This document shows positions 41,559 to 50,125 of a DNA stretch of 64,000 bases, one piece after another. The DNA comes from Anaeromyxobacteraceae bacterium (GTDB lineage: Bacteria; Myxococcota; Myxococcia; Myxococcales; Anaeromyxobacteraceae), in the NCBI GenBank assembly GCA_035455425.1, contig DATIFE010000207.1, forward strand, positions 5,637 to 69,636, written 5' to 3'. The translations under genes and the position numbers were made by a program. How positions within the stretch are numbered: position 1 is the first letter of the stretch; every line of letters begins with the position of its first letter. The notes below the pieces were generated by a model that saw only the letters and a list, made by a program, of their open reading frames with translations, searched no databases and was not told the DNA's origin.

Positions 41559-43205
41559 TCACGGCGACTGGAGCACCAGCACCCAGTCCGTCGATCCGTC
41601 GGCCGTGTTCCCGGGCGGTGTGAACTGCCGCGAGCCCGAGTTCAGGAACGGGCTGCCCGGGACGGCGCTGGTGGCGCCGTTCGAGGGGTCGAACCAGCTG
41701 GCGGTGGTCGACCCCTTCATCCGGGTCATGTCCACCGTGAAGCTCGCCAGGGAGATGGTGTAGACCAGCGCCGTGCCGCCATCCGCGGAGCGGGTCCCCA
41801 TGGCGTCCCCTCCCGACTGCACCGAGCCGGCCGTGATCAGGGGGGTGCCGCCCAGGTCCGGGACCAGGCTCTGCCAGGGGAGGCCGGAGAACAGCTGGCC
41901 GGCGCGCTGGGCGCTGGCGGCGCCCGGGCTGCCGAGGGCCGTCTTCCAGCCGCCCGGGTACTTGCCGTCGTTCGAGTAGGCGTTGCCGTTGGACCCGCCG
42001 GTCCCCGGGGACCAGAAGTTCCACACGGTGCCCACGCCCATGACGAAGCCGGCCTCTCCGGCGAGGAGCGGCTGGTACATCTGGGAGCGAAGCTGGAGCG
42101 GCGTGGTGCCGTGCTCGTTCTCGTAGTTCCCCTCGATGAAGAAGACGGGGCGCACGCCGCCGTCCTGCAGGTACCCGGGGACCGCGTACATCGAGATGTT
42201 GGGCGGGCTGGTGTAGTAGATGGTGTCGACGTCGATCCAGGGAGGGTGCGGCGTGTAGCCCTCTCCCGGGTAGGTCGAGTAGCCGCCCCAGTGCGCCGTG
42301 TGCAGGTGCGCGTCCCCGGCCGCCTGGATGCCGTCGATGATGGCGGTCACCAGGGCCATCTCGCCGGCGTTCGCCGGCGTGTAGTCGCCGCCGTCCACCC
42401 AGATGACGTTCGGCTGGTTCTTGTACCGCGCCCCGAGGTACTGGCCGTAGGTCCCGAGCTTGGCGGTGCCGGTGGCCTTCATCTCGTTGATCCATCCGTC
42501 CTGCGTCCCCCCCCAGCCCATGTAGGCGGGGGCCAGCAGCACCAGGATGCCCCGGGACAGGGCCTGGCCCAGGAACCAGTCGACGTGGGCGAAGTAGGCG
42601 TCGTTGGTCGTCGACATGTCGTAGCAGGGATGGTCGGACGGCTGGGCCGGCGTGCAGGTGGCGAGGCCCGTGAAGGGCAGGTCGCCGGCCGCGTTGGCGG
42701 GGTAGGGCGTGTGGTCGGTGAACTGGTGCTCCACCAGGTTCACCAGGATGGTGTTGAAGCCCCGGCTCTTCCGGTCGTCGAGGTAGAGCTGCGCGTCCGC
42801 CTCGGACAGCTCGGCGATCGCCGACCAGGCGGCGTCGCCCTGCATCAGGAAGGGCCGGCCGCTCGCGTCCACCAGGGCGTTCTTGCTCGGGGAGATCGCG
42901 AGCGGGAAGACCGAGCCCGGGGCGACGCAGGCGGACGTGTTGAAGGTGCAGTTGACCGCGCAGGCGAGGGCGTTGCCCGGAAGCCCCAGGGACGTGCAGG
43001 TCTGGCCGGCCAGGTTGGCGCCGTCGCACTGCTCCCCCGCGTCGACGGCGCCGTTGCCGCACGTCCCCTGGCCCTGGCCGCCGGCCGGAGCCCGGGCCTT
43101 GTGGTCCGCGCACGCGCCGGCCAGCACCAGGGCGGCCGCCGCCAGGGCCAGGGTGCCCCCGCGCGCGCCCCGGCCCCCCGGCGCGGAATCCTTGCTGTCG
43201 ATCAT
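41559..43205 (-). CDS. lipoprotein: Myxococcus cysteine-rich repeat + DUF4038/GH140-like glycoside-hydrolase domain + collagenase-type C-terminal beta domain
   Basis: 548 aa. The lipobox is LVLAGC, and CGNGAVDAGEQCDGANLAGQTC is a TIGR02232-type repeat. The TIM-barrel-like core has PFLMQGDAAWS, GFNTILVNLVEH, NVIWVDGGDY and FFIEGNYENEHG. The C-terminus is ASWFDPSNG...TDWVLVLQS. Confidence 0.7.
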   Translation of the reverse strand: MIDSKDSAPGGRGARGGTLALAAAALVLAGACADHKARAPAGGQGQGTCGNGAVDAGEQCDGANLAGQTCTSLGLPGNALACAVNCTFNTSACVAPGSVFPLAISPSKNALVDASGRPFLMQGDAAWSAIAELSEADAQLYLDDRKSRGFNTILVNLVEHQFTDHTPYPANAAGDLPFTGLATCTPAQPSDHPCYDMSTTNDAYFAHVDWFLGQALSRGILVLLAPAYMGWGGTQDGWINEMKATGTAKLGTYGQYLGARYKNQPNVIWVDGGDYTPANAGEMALVTAIIDGIQAAGDAHLHTAHWGGYSTYPGEGYTPHPPWIDVDTIYYTSPPNISMYAVPGYLQDGGVRPVFFIEGNYENEHGTTPLQLRSQMYQPLLAGEAGFVMGVGTVWNFWSPGTGGSNGNAYSNDGKYPGGWKTALGSPGAASAQRAGQLFSGLPWQSLVPDLGGTPLITAGSVQSGGDAMGTRSADGGTALVYTISLASFTVDMTRMKGSTTASWFDPSNGATSAVPGSPFLNSGSRQFTPPGNTADGSTDWVLVLQSP

Positions 43206-43348
43206 GGTCGCCGCTCCCGGGAGCTGGGTCTCGCCATCCTCTATCCGTCCAGGCGGCGCGCATCATGACCCCGGGTGCCACGACACCGGATCGCGGTGCC
43301 GGGTCGGGGATGCGAGCTCCCCCCGGCTGAACACGCGGTGCCCTCCGG

Positions 43349-44017
43349 CTACTCCGGCTTCTCCCCGCGGGCGCGCTCGAGCGCCTTCCGCTCGAGGAGG
43401 CGGGTGTAACGCTCCCATTCCGCCTTCTCGCCCTCCTTCGCCTTCCAGAGGGTGAAGTGGCAGGTCTGCGCGCCCGAGGGGATGGTGGTGTCGAAGCGCA
43501 CCTCGAAGCCCCAGAGCCGCGAGAACTCACGGGCCGCCTCGAGCATGCCCTGCACGAAGTACCGCTGCACGCGGCAGTCGAAGGGGCGGTAGTGGTCCTG
43601 GTGCGGGCACCACACGATGTCGAAGGTGACCTTGTCCTCGGCGTCGATGCGCGGCTCCTCCAGCGAGGCGTAGGCGATGCGGTTGAGCACGGTCGCGTAG
43701 AACGACGCGAACTCCGCCGGCGTCATGCCCTCGGGGAGGGTGGTGCCGGCCAGGATCTGGCGCCCGACGTCGAGGCCGATCTTCCGGAGCGACTCGAGGA
43801 CCACCTTCTGCCCCGCCTCGCCGAACGCCGCCTCCGAGTCCTCGAGGACCTGGATCAGCGCCATCGCCTGCATCGTTCCCCATTGCCAGAGCGTGGCGGG
43901 ATCGAAGTCGGTCTGCGCGAGCACCTCCTCGCGCAGCCGCCGCAGGCCCCTGGCGTAGGGCTGGTTGAAGCGGAACTCCTTCCACCTGGTCTCGGGTCGG
44001 TGCTCCCAGTGCGCCAT
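43349..44017 (-). CDS. hypothetical protein (222 aa)
   Basis: ATG 44017 within ORF 43349..44149. The composition is globular with Trp, Phe and charged residues (MAHWEHRPETRWKEFRFNQPYARGL...WCPHQDHYRPFDCRVQRYFVQGMLEAAREF) and high GC3. It possibly belongs to the ATC-hydrolase-like family, but I cannot confirm that. Confidence 0.6.
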   Translation of the reverse strand: MAHWEHRPETRWKEFRFNQPYARGLRRLREEVLAQTDFDPATLWQWGTMQAMALIQVLEDSEAAFGEAGQKVVLESLRKIGLDVGRQILAGTTLPEGMTPAEFASFYATVLNRIAYASLEEPRIDAEDKVTFDIVWCPHQDHYRPFDCRVQRYFVQGMLEAAREFSRLWGFEVRFDTTIPSGAQTCHFTLWKAKEGEKAEWERYTRLLERKALERARGEKPE

Positions 44018-44220
44018 CCGGGCATCATCCCTCGCGGCCTGCGCCGGGCCAACCGGGGTCGCGCCCGGCAGGCGTCCCGTGGGCCCACGTCTTGTGCGTT
44101 CCGCACCGACAGGGCTACCGTTCGCCGACTCGTCGGTCTGCGAAGGCACCCAAAGAGGGCGCTCCGCGCGAGCGGGTTCCTTCGCTGCGAGCCGCCGCCA
44201 CCTGAGGAAGGAGAACCGCC

Positions 44221-45564
44221 ATGAAGCTCCGCCTTGCAGCAGGAATCCTCCTGGGCGCCTGGGCCGCGACCGGCCTGGGCCAGTCGCTCCCGGTCTACTC
44301 GACCTGGGACGCCGACATGATCAACAGCGAGAGCGTCTCGCAGACCGGCGCCGGGGTATACGTCGCGGTTCTCGACACCGGGCTCGTCCCCTACTGGCGC
44401 GACTACTTCCCGCAGGCGCGCGTCGCCGTGCAGCTCGGCACCGGGTTCGACCAGTCGGTGACCTTCAAGACCAAGGCCAACCCCTGCGAGTTCGACGTCT
44501 CGGTGGGCCCGCTCCGGCAGACGACCTGGGTCGGCTCCACCGGCTCGACCCACGGCACCCACGTGACCAGCACCATCATCGGCTACAACTACTACAGCAA
44601 CTTCGACGCCGTCGCCGGCTTCCTCCTCCCGCCCATCTACGTGAAGGGCATCGCGCCCGGCGTCACCATCATCCCGGTGAAGGTGCTCGCCGACTACCAG
44701 GTCCCCGCGATGCCCAAGTGCACCGACCCGGGCCCCACCCCGGCGCAGGGGGTGGTCTTCGGCACGAACGAGATGGTCGCCGCAGGGATCGACTACGCGA
44801 CGGACCTGGCCATCGCCGGCTACAAGCCCATGGTCATCAACATGAGCCTGGGCGGGCCGGAGCTCAGCGCCGTGGAGCAGGCGGCCATCGACCGGGCCAT
44901 CGCCAACGGCGTCATCGTGGTCGCCGCCGCCGGGAACGAGGGCGAGGAGGGCATGGGCTATCCGGGCGCCTACGCGCCGGTCATCTCGGCCGGGGCCGCC
45001 GGCTGGACCGGGGAGTGGCTCTTCCCCGGCTCGGGTCCGCGCTACCGCATGTGGTGGCTCAAGTACGACGCCGCGCCGATGCTGCCCGGGAGCGGAAACG
45101 TGGCCGATCCGACGGTCGCCGGCGACGTCTACGTGACCGACTTCTCGAGCCGCGCCCTGCCTGGCCAGCAGCTCGACGTCCTGGCCCCCGGCTCTTGGGT
45201 GCGCGGGCCGTTCCCGGGAGGCGACGGCTACTCGCGGATGCCCTGGTACTCCCGCGGGGTGGGCGACCTGCATTCGGGGAAGACCAACTTCTTCTACGTG
45301 GGCGGCACCTCGATGGCGACGCCGCACGTGGCGTCGGTCGCGGCGCGCATGCTGCAGAAGAACCCGGCCCTGACCCAGGGCCAGGTGGAGTCGATCCTCA
45401 CCTCGACCGCGCTCGACATTCCCTCGACCGGCAGCCGGCACATCTTCGACTTCGACCATTTCACCGACATCACCTGGGACACCGACTGCAACGGTGTCGC
45501 CTGCGACGCGGTCGGCGCCGGACTGATCCAGGCGGACGCGGCCGTCGGGGCGGCAGGTCCCTAG
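44221..45564 (+). CDS. secreted S8 family (subtilisin-like) serine peptidase
   Basis: 447 aa with GAAGGAGA RBS and a signal peptide. The catalytic triad contexts are VAVLDTG (Asp), HGTHVTS (His) and GGTSMATPHVA (Ser). Confidence 0.9.
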   Translation: MKLRLAAGILLGAWAATGLGQSLPVYSTWDADMINSESVSQTGAGVYVAVLDTGLVPYWRDYFPQARVAVQLGTGFDQSVTFKTKANPCEFDVSVGPLRQTTWVGSTGSTHGTHVTSTIIGYNYYSNFDAVAGFLLPPIYVKGIAPGVTIIPVKVLADYQVPAMPKCTDPGPTPAQGVVFGTNEMVAAGIDYATDLAIAGYKPMVINMSLGGPELSAVEQAAIDRAIANGVIVVAAAGNEGEEGMGYPGAYAPVISAGAAGWTGEWLFPGSGPRYRMWWLKYDAAPMLPGSGNVADPTVAGDVYVTDFSSRALPGQQLDVLAPGSWVRGPFPGGDGYSRMPWYSRGVGDLHSGKTNFFYVGGTSMATPHVASVAARMLQKNPALTQGQVESILTSTALDIPSTGSRHIFDFDHFTDITWDTDCNGVACDAVGAGLIQADAAVGAAGP

Positions 45565-45597
45565 CCGCGGCGCGTCACGCGCCTGGAGCTCCACCGG

Positions 45598-45632
45598 GGG
45601 GCGCCCTCTCGCCGTCGCGAGCGGGGCGCCCC
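45598..45632. terminator. long GC-rich hairpin between convergent genes
   Basis: GGGGCGCC...CTCGC-CGTC-GCGAG...GGCGCCCC gives 8 bp plus 2 bp (one G-U) plus 5 bp of pairing with a single-nt bulge and a 4-nt loop. It is followed by TTCGG. It sits between the 45564 stop (+) and the 45652 stop (-). Confidence 0.45.
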
Positions 45633-45651
45633 TTCGGCCCAACACGCCGCG

Positions 45652-45900
45652 TCAGCCCCGGGCCTGACCCTGGGCGGCGCGTTCGAGCCGATCCGCCTCG
45701 CCCACGCCGGCCGACCAGGCGTCGGCTGCCGACTCGTAGCGGTGCGGGTCCAAGGTCTGGTCCACGGCGACGTGCCAGACGCCGTTCTCTTCGGTCAGCA
45801 GCACCTGATGGCCCGAGACCTCGAACGCCTGGGGCTTCGATGCGCTCTTCTTCACTGGTTTTCTCAAGGTCGCCCTCGCCGGAAGCCAAGCAACGCCCAT
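45652..45900 (-). CDS. hypothetical small protein (82 aa)
   Basis: ATG 45900 is preceded by GGGAGG with 5-nt spacing. The central part FEVSGHQVLLTEENGVWHVAVDQTLDPHRYESAADAW looks like a folded small domain. I recognise no family. Confidence 0.45.
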   Translation of the reverse strand: MGVAWLPARATLRKPVKKSASKPQAFEVSGHQVLLTEENGVWHVAVDQTLDPHRYESAADAWSAGVGEADRLERAAQGQARG

Positions 45901-46038
45901 GGAGTCCTCCCGGGTCGTCCTGTTCTGGCCCGTTGTCCCGGAAACACGGCTGGAGCGTGCTGGTTGCGGTGGGGCGGGCGGCGGTCCCTCCTCGGGGTGG
46001 GTCCGGTGGACGCCCGTCCGGCGGGGGGCGGACGTCCC

Positions 46039-47292
46039 TCACTCCGGATCGGGCACGAAGTCGATCCGGCCGAACAGCCCGTGGCTCTCGTCGCCCGGCC
46101 CGGCCGCGAAGAAGAGGGCGTTCGCGGGCCCGGCGGCCGAGTCGTTCCCGAAGCCGATGCCCCACAGCCCCTCGATGGTGATCCGGCCGCCCGGGCCGGT
46201 GAGGTACTGGCCTCCGGCTCCGTCGTCGTCGCCCTCGCCCCTGTCGTCGGCCTCGCCGTCGCCATCCCCGTCTCCGTCGTCGTCGCCGCGGTCGAGCCGG
46301 TAGACGATGACATGGCCGTCGCCGAAGTTCCCGACCAGGAGCTTCCCGCTGAAGCGCCCGAAGCCGCTGGCGGGGGCCAGCGCCACGCCCCAGGGCGAGT
46401 CGAGCTTCCCTCCCGACGCCACCCGGCGGACCCAGGTGCCGTCGGTGGTGAAGGCGCTGACGAAACCGAGGTGCTTGCCGGCCACGTCGTCGTGCCTCGT
46501 CGCATCCTGCATGGCGTAGGTGACGTACACGGTGTCCCCCACCACCTGGATCCCGAAGGGCGCGAAGCCGTCCGGGATCCCCGGATCGACGAAGGCCCCG
46601 GCCTTCGCCACCGGCGCGAAGGCGCCGTCGAAGACGTCGACGCGGCCCTGGCGGAAGTCGGTGGCGTACAGCCGGTCCCCGTCGGGCGTCGAGGCGATCG
46701 CCAGGCCCTTGTACACGGAGCCGCCGAGCGGGTCGGCGGAGGACTGGTCGACGGCCACGATGGTCTCGGTGGAGCGGGTGGCGGGCGGCGTCGGCGGCGG
46801 CACGCCCGGGTTCCAGCCGCTGATGGTCCCGTCCTCGCTGGCGAACAGGAAGCGCGCCGGGCCGCTCCCGCCTCCTGCCGAGACCACGAAGCTCGAGGTG
46901 GGGTTGGCCACCGCGCCGTCGGGGGCGCCCGGTCCGCCGCCGGCTCCGGTGATGCCAACCACCAGCGGCGGCGTGCCGAACTGCGCCACGCCCTCCCCGT
47001 CGTAGAGGGTGGTGACGCCCGCGCCGTTGTCCGCGATCCACCAGGGGCTGGTGGCCAGGCGCGCCATGCCCCAGGCGTTCACCAGGTTCGGGTCGGTGTG
47101 CTCGGCGGGGACGAAGCCGTCGGAGACCAGGTTGCGCTGCACGTAGTGGCCCTGGCCGCGGCCGTGCCCGGAGCCGCCGGAGGAGGCGGAGCGCGAGGTC
47201 AGGGAGGCGGAGGACGGCCCAGCGCCGGCCGAGCAGGCCGCGGCCAGGAGCGCGGCGGCGACGGATGCGACGGGGTTGCGGATGGACGCCAT
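46039..47292 (-). CDS. TIGR03118-type secreted beta-propeller protein
   Basis: ATG 47292 (AAAGGAGA RBS) within ORF 46039..47382, with a signal or lipo-type N-terminus (AALLAAAC). NLVSDGFVPAEHTDPNLVNAWGMA...SPWWIADNGAGVTTLYDG matches my memory of the TIGR03118 family opening. An acidic D/G insertion lies near the C-terminus. Confidence 0.75.
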   Translation of the reverse strand: MASIRNPVASVAAALLAAACSAGAGPSSASLTSRSASSGGSGHGRGQGHYVQRNLVSDGFVPAEHTDPNLVNAWGMARLATSPWWIADNGAGVTTLYDGEGVAQFGTPPLVVGITGAGGGPGAPDGAVANPTSSFVVSAGGGSGPARFLFASEDGTISGWNPGVPPPTPPATRSTETIVAVDQSSADPLGGSVYKGLAIASTPDGDRLYATDFRQGRVDVFDGAFAPVAKAGAFVDPGIPDGFAPFGIQVVGDTVYVTYAMQDATRHDDVAGKHLGFVSAFTTDGTWVRRVASGGKLDSPWGVALAPASGFGRFSGKLLVGNFGDGHVIVYRLDRGDDDGDGDGDGEADDRGEGDDDGAGGQYLTGPGGRITIEGLWGIGFGNDSAAGPANALFFAAGPGDESHGLFGRIDFVPDPE

Positions 47293-47520
47293 GGCATTTC
47301 TCCTTTGCGGGTCGCTCGGGCCCGGGAGGCGCGGCCGCGCCGCGGTGCCGCTGCGGTGCGCCGCATCACCTCGCGTGCGCACGACACCCGGGGCCGCCGC
47401 GCAGCGTCAGCCCCTGCGGTGCCGACCCGACCGGGCCTGCCCGGAGCGGCGCGCCGTCCCCTCCGGGTGATGCGGTCGCGGACGAACCGTCCGCTTACGC
47501 CCCGGAGCCGGCGCCCGGGG

Positions 47521-48546
47521 TCAGCGCCGGGCGGGCACCCGGACGTCCCAGGCCTCCTCGCCCGCGTGCCGGACCTCGATGGCCGTGCCGAGGAACGCCT
47601 CGAGCAGCTCGGCGTGCGTCCGGGTGTGGCCCGAGGGCTCCAGCGTCCGGAACACGCCGCCGGCCCCGAGTGCCATGGGGAGGACGAGCTGGTCGGCGAG
47701 GTGGCGCCCCACCGGGACCCCGGCGCGGAGGTACTCGGCCGTCTCCTCCGCGACGGCCGCGCCGACCTGCTCGGCGGGAACGCCCTTCCGGCCGAACGCG
47801 GTGAACAGCTCGGTCACGTGCTCGCTCTCGACCCGCGCCGAGACGACGTTCCCGGGCCCGATGGAGCCCTGGACCGGCTCGACGGCCAGCCACCCCGGCT
47901 CCCAGCCCAGGCGGTCCCGGATCTCCTTCAGCTCGCGCTCGGCGATGGTGCGCGGCAGCCGTGCCACGAGCGCCGTGGCTCGCAGGGCGCGGATGGCGCC
48001 GCGCTCGGGAAGCTCCAGGCGGCCCAGCTCGGGCACGGGCTGGATGTCGACGCGCAGCCTTCCGCCGCCGGCCGGGGCGAAGCCCGGGCGCTCGAGGACG
48101 GCCCTGCACCGCGGCCCCATGCGCCCGACCAGGGGCAGGAAGACGTCCGCGAGGAAGTCGAACGTCGGCGCGGCCGGGTTGTGGGTGCCGCCCTCGATCG
48201 CGACCGTCGAGCGGCCCCTGGCGAGGGCCAGCGCCGGGAAGATGGTCTGGAAGACCAGCGTGGCGCTCCCGGCCGTTCCCACCGAGAAGTGGTGCTCCCC
48301 GGAGCGGACGGCCCCGGGCCGGAAGGTGAGCTCGCGCGAGCCGAGGTCCGCGCCGGAGACCCGTGCGGCGCCCACCTCCGCTGCCGCCTGGACGGCGGTG
48401 AGGTGCTGGCGCATGAGGCCCGGGCGGCGGCGGCCGGCGCGGATGGCCACGATCCGGAACGGGACCCCCGTGACCAGGGAGAGGGAGAGCGCCGAGCGCA
48501 GGACCTGCCCTCCGCCCTCTCCGCGCGCCCCGTCGATCTCCAGCAT
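47521..48546 (-). CDS. rtcA: RNA 3'-terminal phosphate cyclase
   Basis: ATG 48546 within ORF 47521..48651. MLEIDGARGEGGGQVLRSALSLSLVTGVPFRIVAIRAGRRRPGLMRQHL is the canonical RtcA N-terminus including the catalytic His region. 341 aa. Confidence 0.9.
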   Translation of the reverse strand: MLEIDGARGEGGGQVLRSALSLSLVTGVPFRIVAIRAGRRRPGLMRQHLTAVQAAAEVGAARVSGADLGSRELTFRPGAVRSGEHHFSVGTAGSATLVFQTIFPALALARGRSTVAIEGGTHNPAAPTFDFLADVFLPLVGRMGPRCRAVLERPGFAPAGGGRLRVDIQPVPELGRLELPERGAIRALRATALVARLPRTIAERELKEIRDRLGWEPGWLAVEPVQGSIGPGNVVSARVESEHVTELFTAFGRKGVPAEQVGAAVAEETAEYLRAGVPVGRHLADQLVLPMALGAGGVFRTLEPSGHTRTHAELLEAFLGTAIEVRHAGEEAWDVRVPARR

Positions 48547-48649
48547 CGGCGGCCCCCCTCGCGGCGCCCGGTCCCCAGGATACGGCGCGGCTCCGCCGCC
48601 GGGTAGCGAGCGCTGCGGCGGAGGGCTCCCGCCTGCTAACATCCCGCGC

Positions 48650-49195
48650 ATGCTCCCGCGGGCGCGGGTCCTGCTCCTCGCCGGGTGGGCGGCAGCCCTC
48701 GCCGCCTGCCAGGCCGCGGCCCCCGCCGCTCCGGCCCGGGCCCTCGACGTCCCCTACGAGCCCACCTCTCCCGAGATCGTCCAGGCGATGCTCCGCCTGG
48801 CCCGCGTCCGGGCCGACGACGTGGTCTACGACCTCGGGTGCGGCGACGGGCGCATCGTGATCGAGGCGGCCCGGCTCGGCGCCCGCGGCGTGGGCGTGGA
48901 CCTGGACCCGCAGCGGATCCGGGAGGCGCGGGCCAACGCCCGGGTGGCGGGCGTGGAGGGGCGGGTGGACCTCCGGCTGGGCGACCTCTTCGAGGCCGAC
49001 CTGCGCCCCGCGACGGTGGTGATGCTCTACCTGTGGCCCGAGGTGAACCTGCGCCTGCGCCCGAAGCTGCTCTCCGAGCTGCGCCCCGGAACCCGGGTGG
49101 TGTCGCACACCCACGACATGGGCGACTGGCAGCCGCAGGAGACGACCGTGGTCTCCGGGCACCGCCTGTACCTCTGGACCATCCCGGCCCGGTGA
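48650..49195 (+). CDS. SAM-dependent methyltransferase with N-terminal signal/lipoprotein-like sequence
   Basis: ATG 48650 within ORF 47579..49195. LLLAGWAAALAAC is followed by motif I VYDLGCGDGRIVIEAA and GVDLDP. Confidence 0.8.
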   Translation: MLPRARVLLLAGWAAALAACQAAAPAAPARALDVPYEPTSPEIVQAMLRLARVRADDVVYDLGCGDGRIVIEAARLGARGVGVDLDPQRIREARANARVAGVEGRVDLRLGDLFEADLRPATVVMLYLWPEVNLRLRPKLLSELRPGTRVVSHTHDMGDWQPQETTVVSGHRLYLWTIPAR

Positions 49196-49230
49196 GGGCC
49201 GCCGCCGGCTTCCCGCCGGGAGGCCGCCCG

Positions 49231-49830
49231 TCAAGGGCGCGGCAGGCGGGCCTGGAACCGGCGCATGTTCCCGCGGGCGCGCCGGCCCTCCTCCTCGATG
49301 CGGAAGCCGGCCGCCTCCACCGTCCGCTCGGTGTCGCGGTTCGGGTGGCAGCCCCCGGCCAGCCACGTCCAGGCGGGCTGGATCCGGTCCTGCACCCGGG
49401 CCCAGAGGCGGTGCCGCGAGCGCACGTGCTCCATCATGCGCAGCGCGCCGCCGGGCTCCAGCACGCGCCTCACCTCGGCGAGCCCCCGGGCCGGATCGGG
49501 CACCGAGCAGAAGACGAGGCTCGACACGACCGTGTCGAAGGTGCCGCTCCGGAACGGGAGTGCCTCGGCGCTGGCCTGCACCAGGGGCACCCGCGCCCCG
49601 CGGCGCCGGGCGCGGGAGAGGTTCTGCCGCGCGGGGTCGACGGCCACCAGGCGGGCTCCGGCCGGGTAGAGGGCCAGGTTGCGGCCGGTGCCGCAGCCGA
49701 CCTCCAGGGTCAGCCCGCGCGCGCCGCCCGCGAGCCACCGCCGCCAGCGCCCGAGCCCCCGGAGCTCCGAGAGCGCCATCATGGCGTCGTACGCCCAGGG
49801 GGTCTGGTCGATGCCGGGCACGGGCCTCAC
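49231..49830 (-). CDS. class I SAM-dependent methyltransferase
   Basis: 199 aa. The GTG start overlaps the stop of the upstream MoaD-like gene (GTGA). It has motif I LEVGCGTGRNL, then VAVDP, FDTVVSSLVFCSV and LEPGG. Confidence 0.85.
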   Translation of the reverse strand: MRPVPGIDQTPWAYDAMMALSELRGLGRWRRWLAGGARGLTLEVGCGTGRNLALYPAGARLVAVDPARQNLSRARRRGARVPLVQASAEALPFRSGTFDTVVSSLVFCSVPDPARGLAEVRRVLEPGGALRMMEHVRSRHRLWARVQDRIQPAWTWLAGGCHPNRDTERTVEAAGFRIEEEGRRARGNMRRFQARLPRP

Positions 49831-50090
49831 TCGCTGCCGCCGCTGAGCGCCTGGACGATCTGCACCTCGTCGGCGGGGCGCAGCGCCAGCGACAGGTCGA
49901 ACACCTGCTCGCCGTTCACGAAGAAGCGGATGTGGGGACGCATCCGGTCCTGCTCGTCGACCATCCGGAAGCGGATGCCCGGGTACCGGCGGTCGAGGTC
50001 CGAGAGCACCGCCGCCAGTGTCGGGCCGCTGGCCTCGACCTCGCGCTCGCCGGTGTAGGAGCGCAGCGGGGTGGGGATCAGGACCTTCAT
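49827..50090 (-). CDS. MoaD/ThiS-family ubiquitin-like small protein with GG followed by two extra residues
   Basis: ATG 50090 within ORF 49827..50816 gives 87 aa: MKVLIPTPLRSYTGEREVEASGPTLAAVLSDLDRRYPGIRFRMVDEQ...FVNGEQV...DEVQIVQALSGGSE. This is the beta-grasp pattern of MoaD-like proteins. Confidence 0.8.
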   Translation of the reverse strand: MKVLIPTPLRSYTGEREVEASGPTLAAVLSDLDRRYPGIRFRMVDEQDRMRPHIRFFVNGEQVFDLSLALRPADEVQIVQALSGGSE

Positions 50091-50125
50091 GCGCCGGGCC
50101 TCGCGGGGAGGGCGGGCCGCACCGC

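Noticed and set aside
46208-46295. Triplet-repeat-like DNA (GTC/GCC runs), considered as a non-coding tandem repeat or CRISPR-like element.
   Set aside because: It lies in frame inside the TIGR03118-type gene and encodes an Asp/Gly-rich loop. It has no regular repeat-spacer structure.
47293-47520. Short repeats in the 228-nt region between the TIGR03118-type gene and rtcA, considered as a structured RNA. They are CTGCGGTGC twice and CCGCATCAC/GTGATGCGG about 100 nt apart.
   Set aside because: Nine-nucleotide matches are easily produced by chance in such biased GC-rich sequence. No recognisable riboswitch or sRNA consensus is present, and no terminator-like end. The plus-strand ORFs here (47265..47804, 47276..47470) are Arg/Pro-rich shadows.
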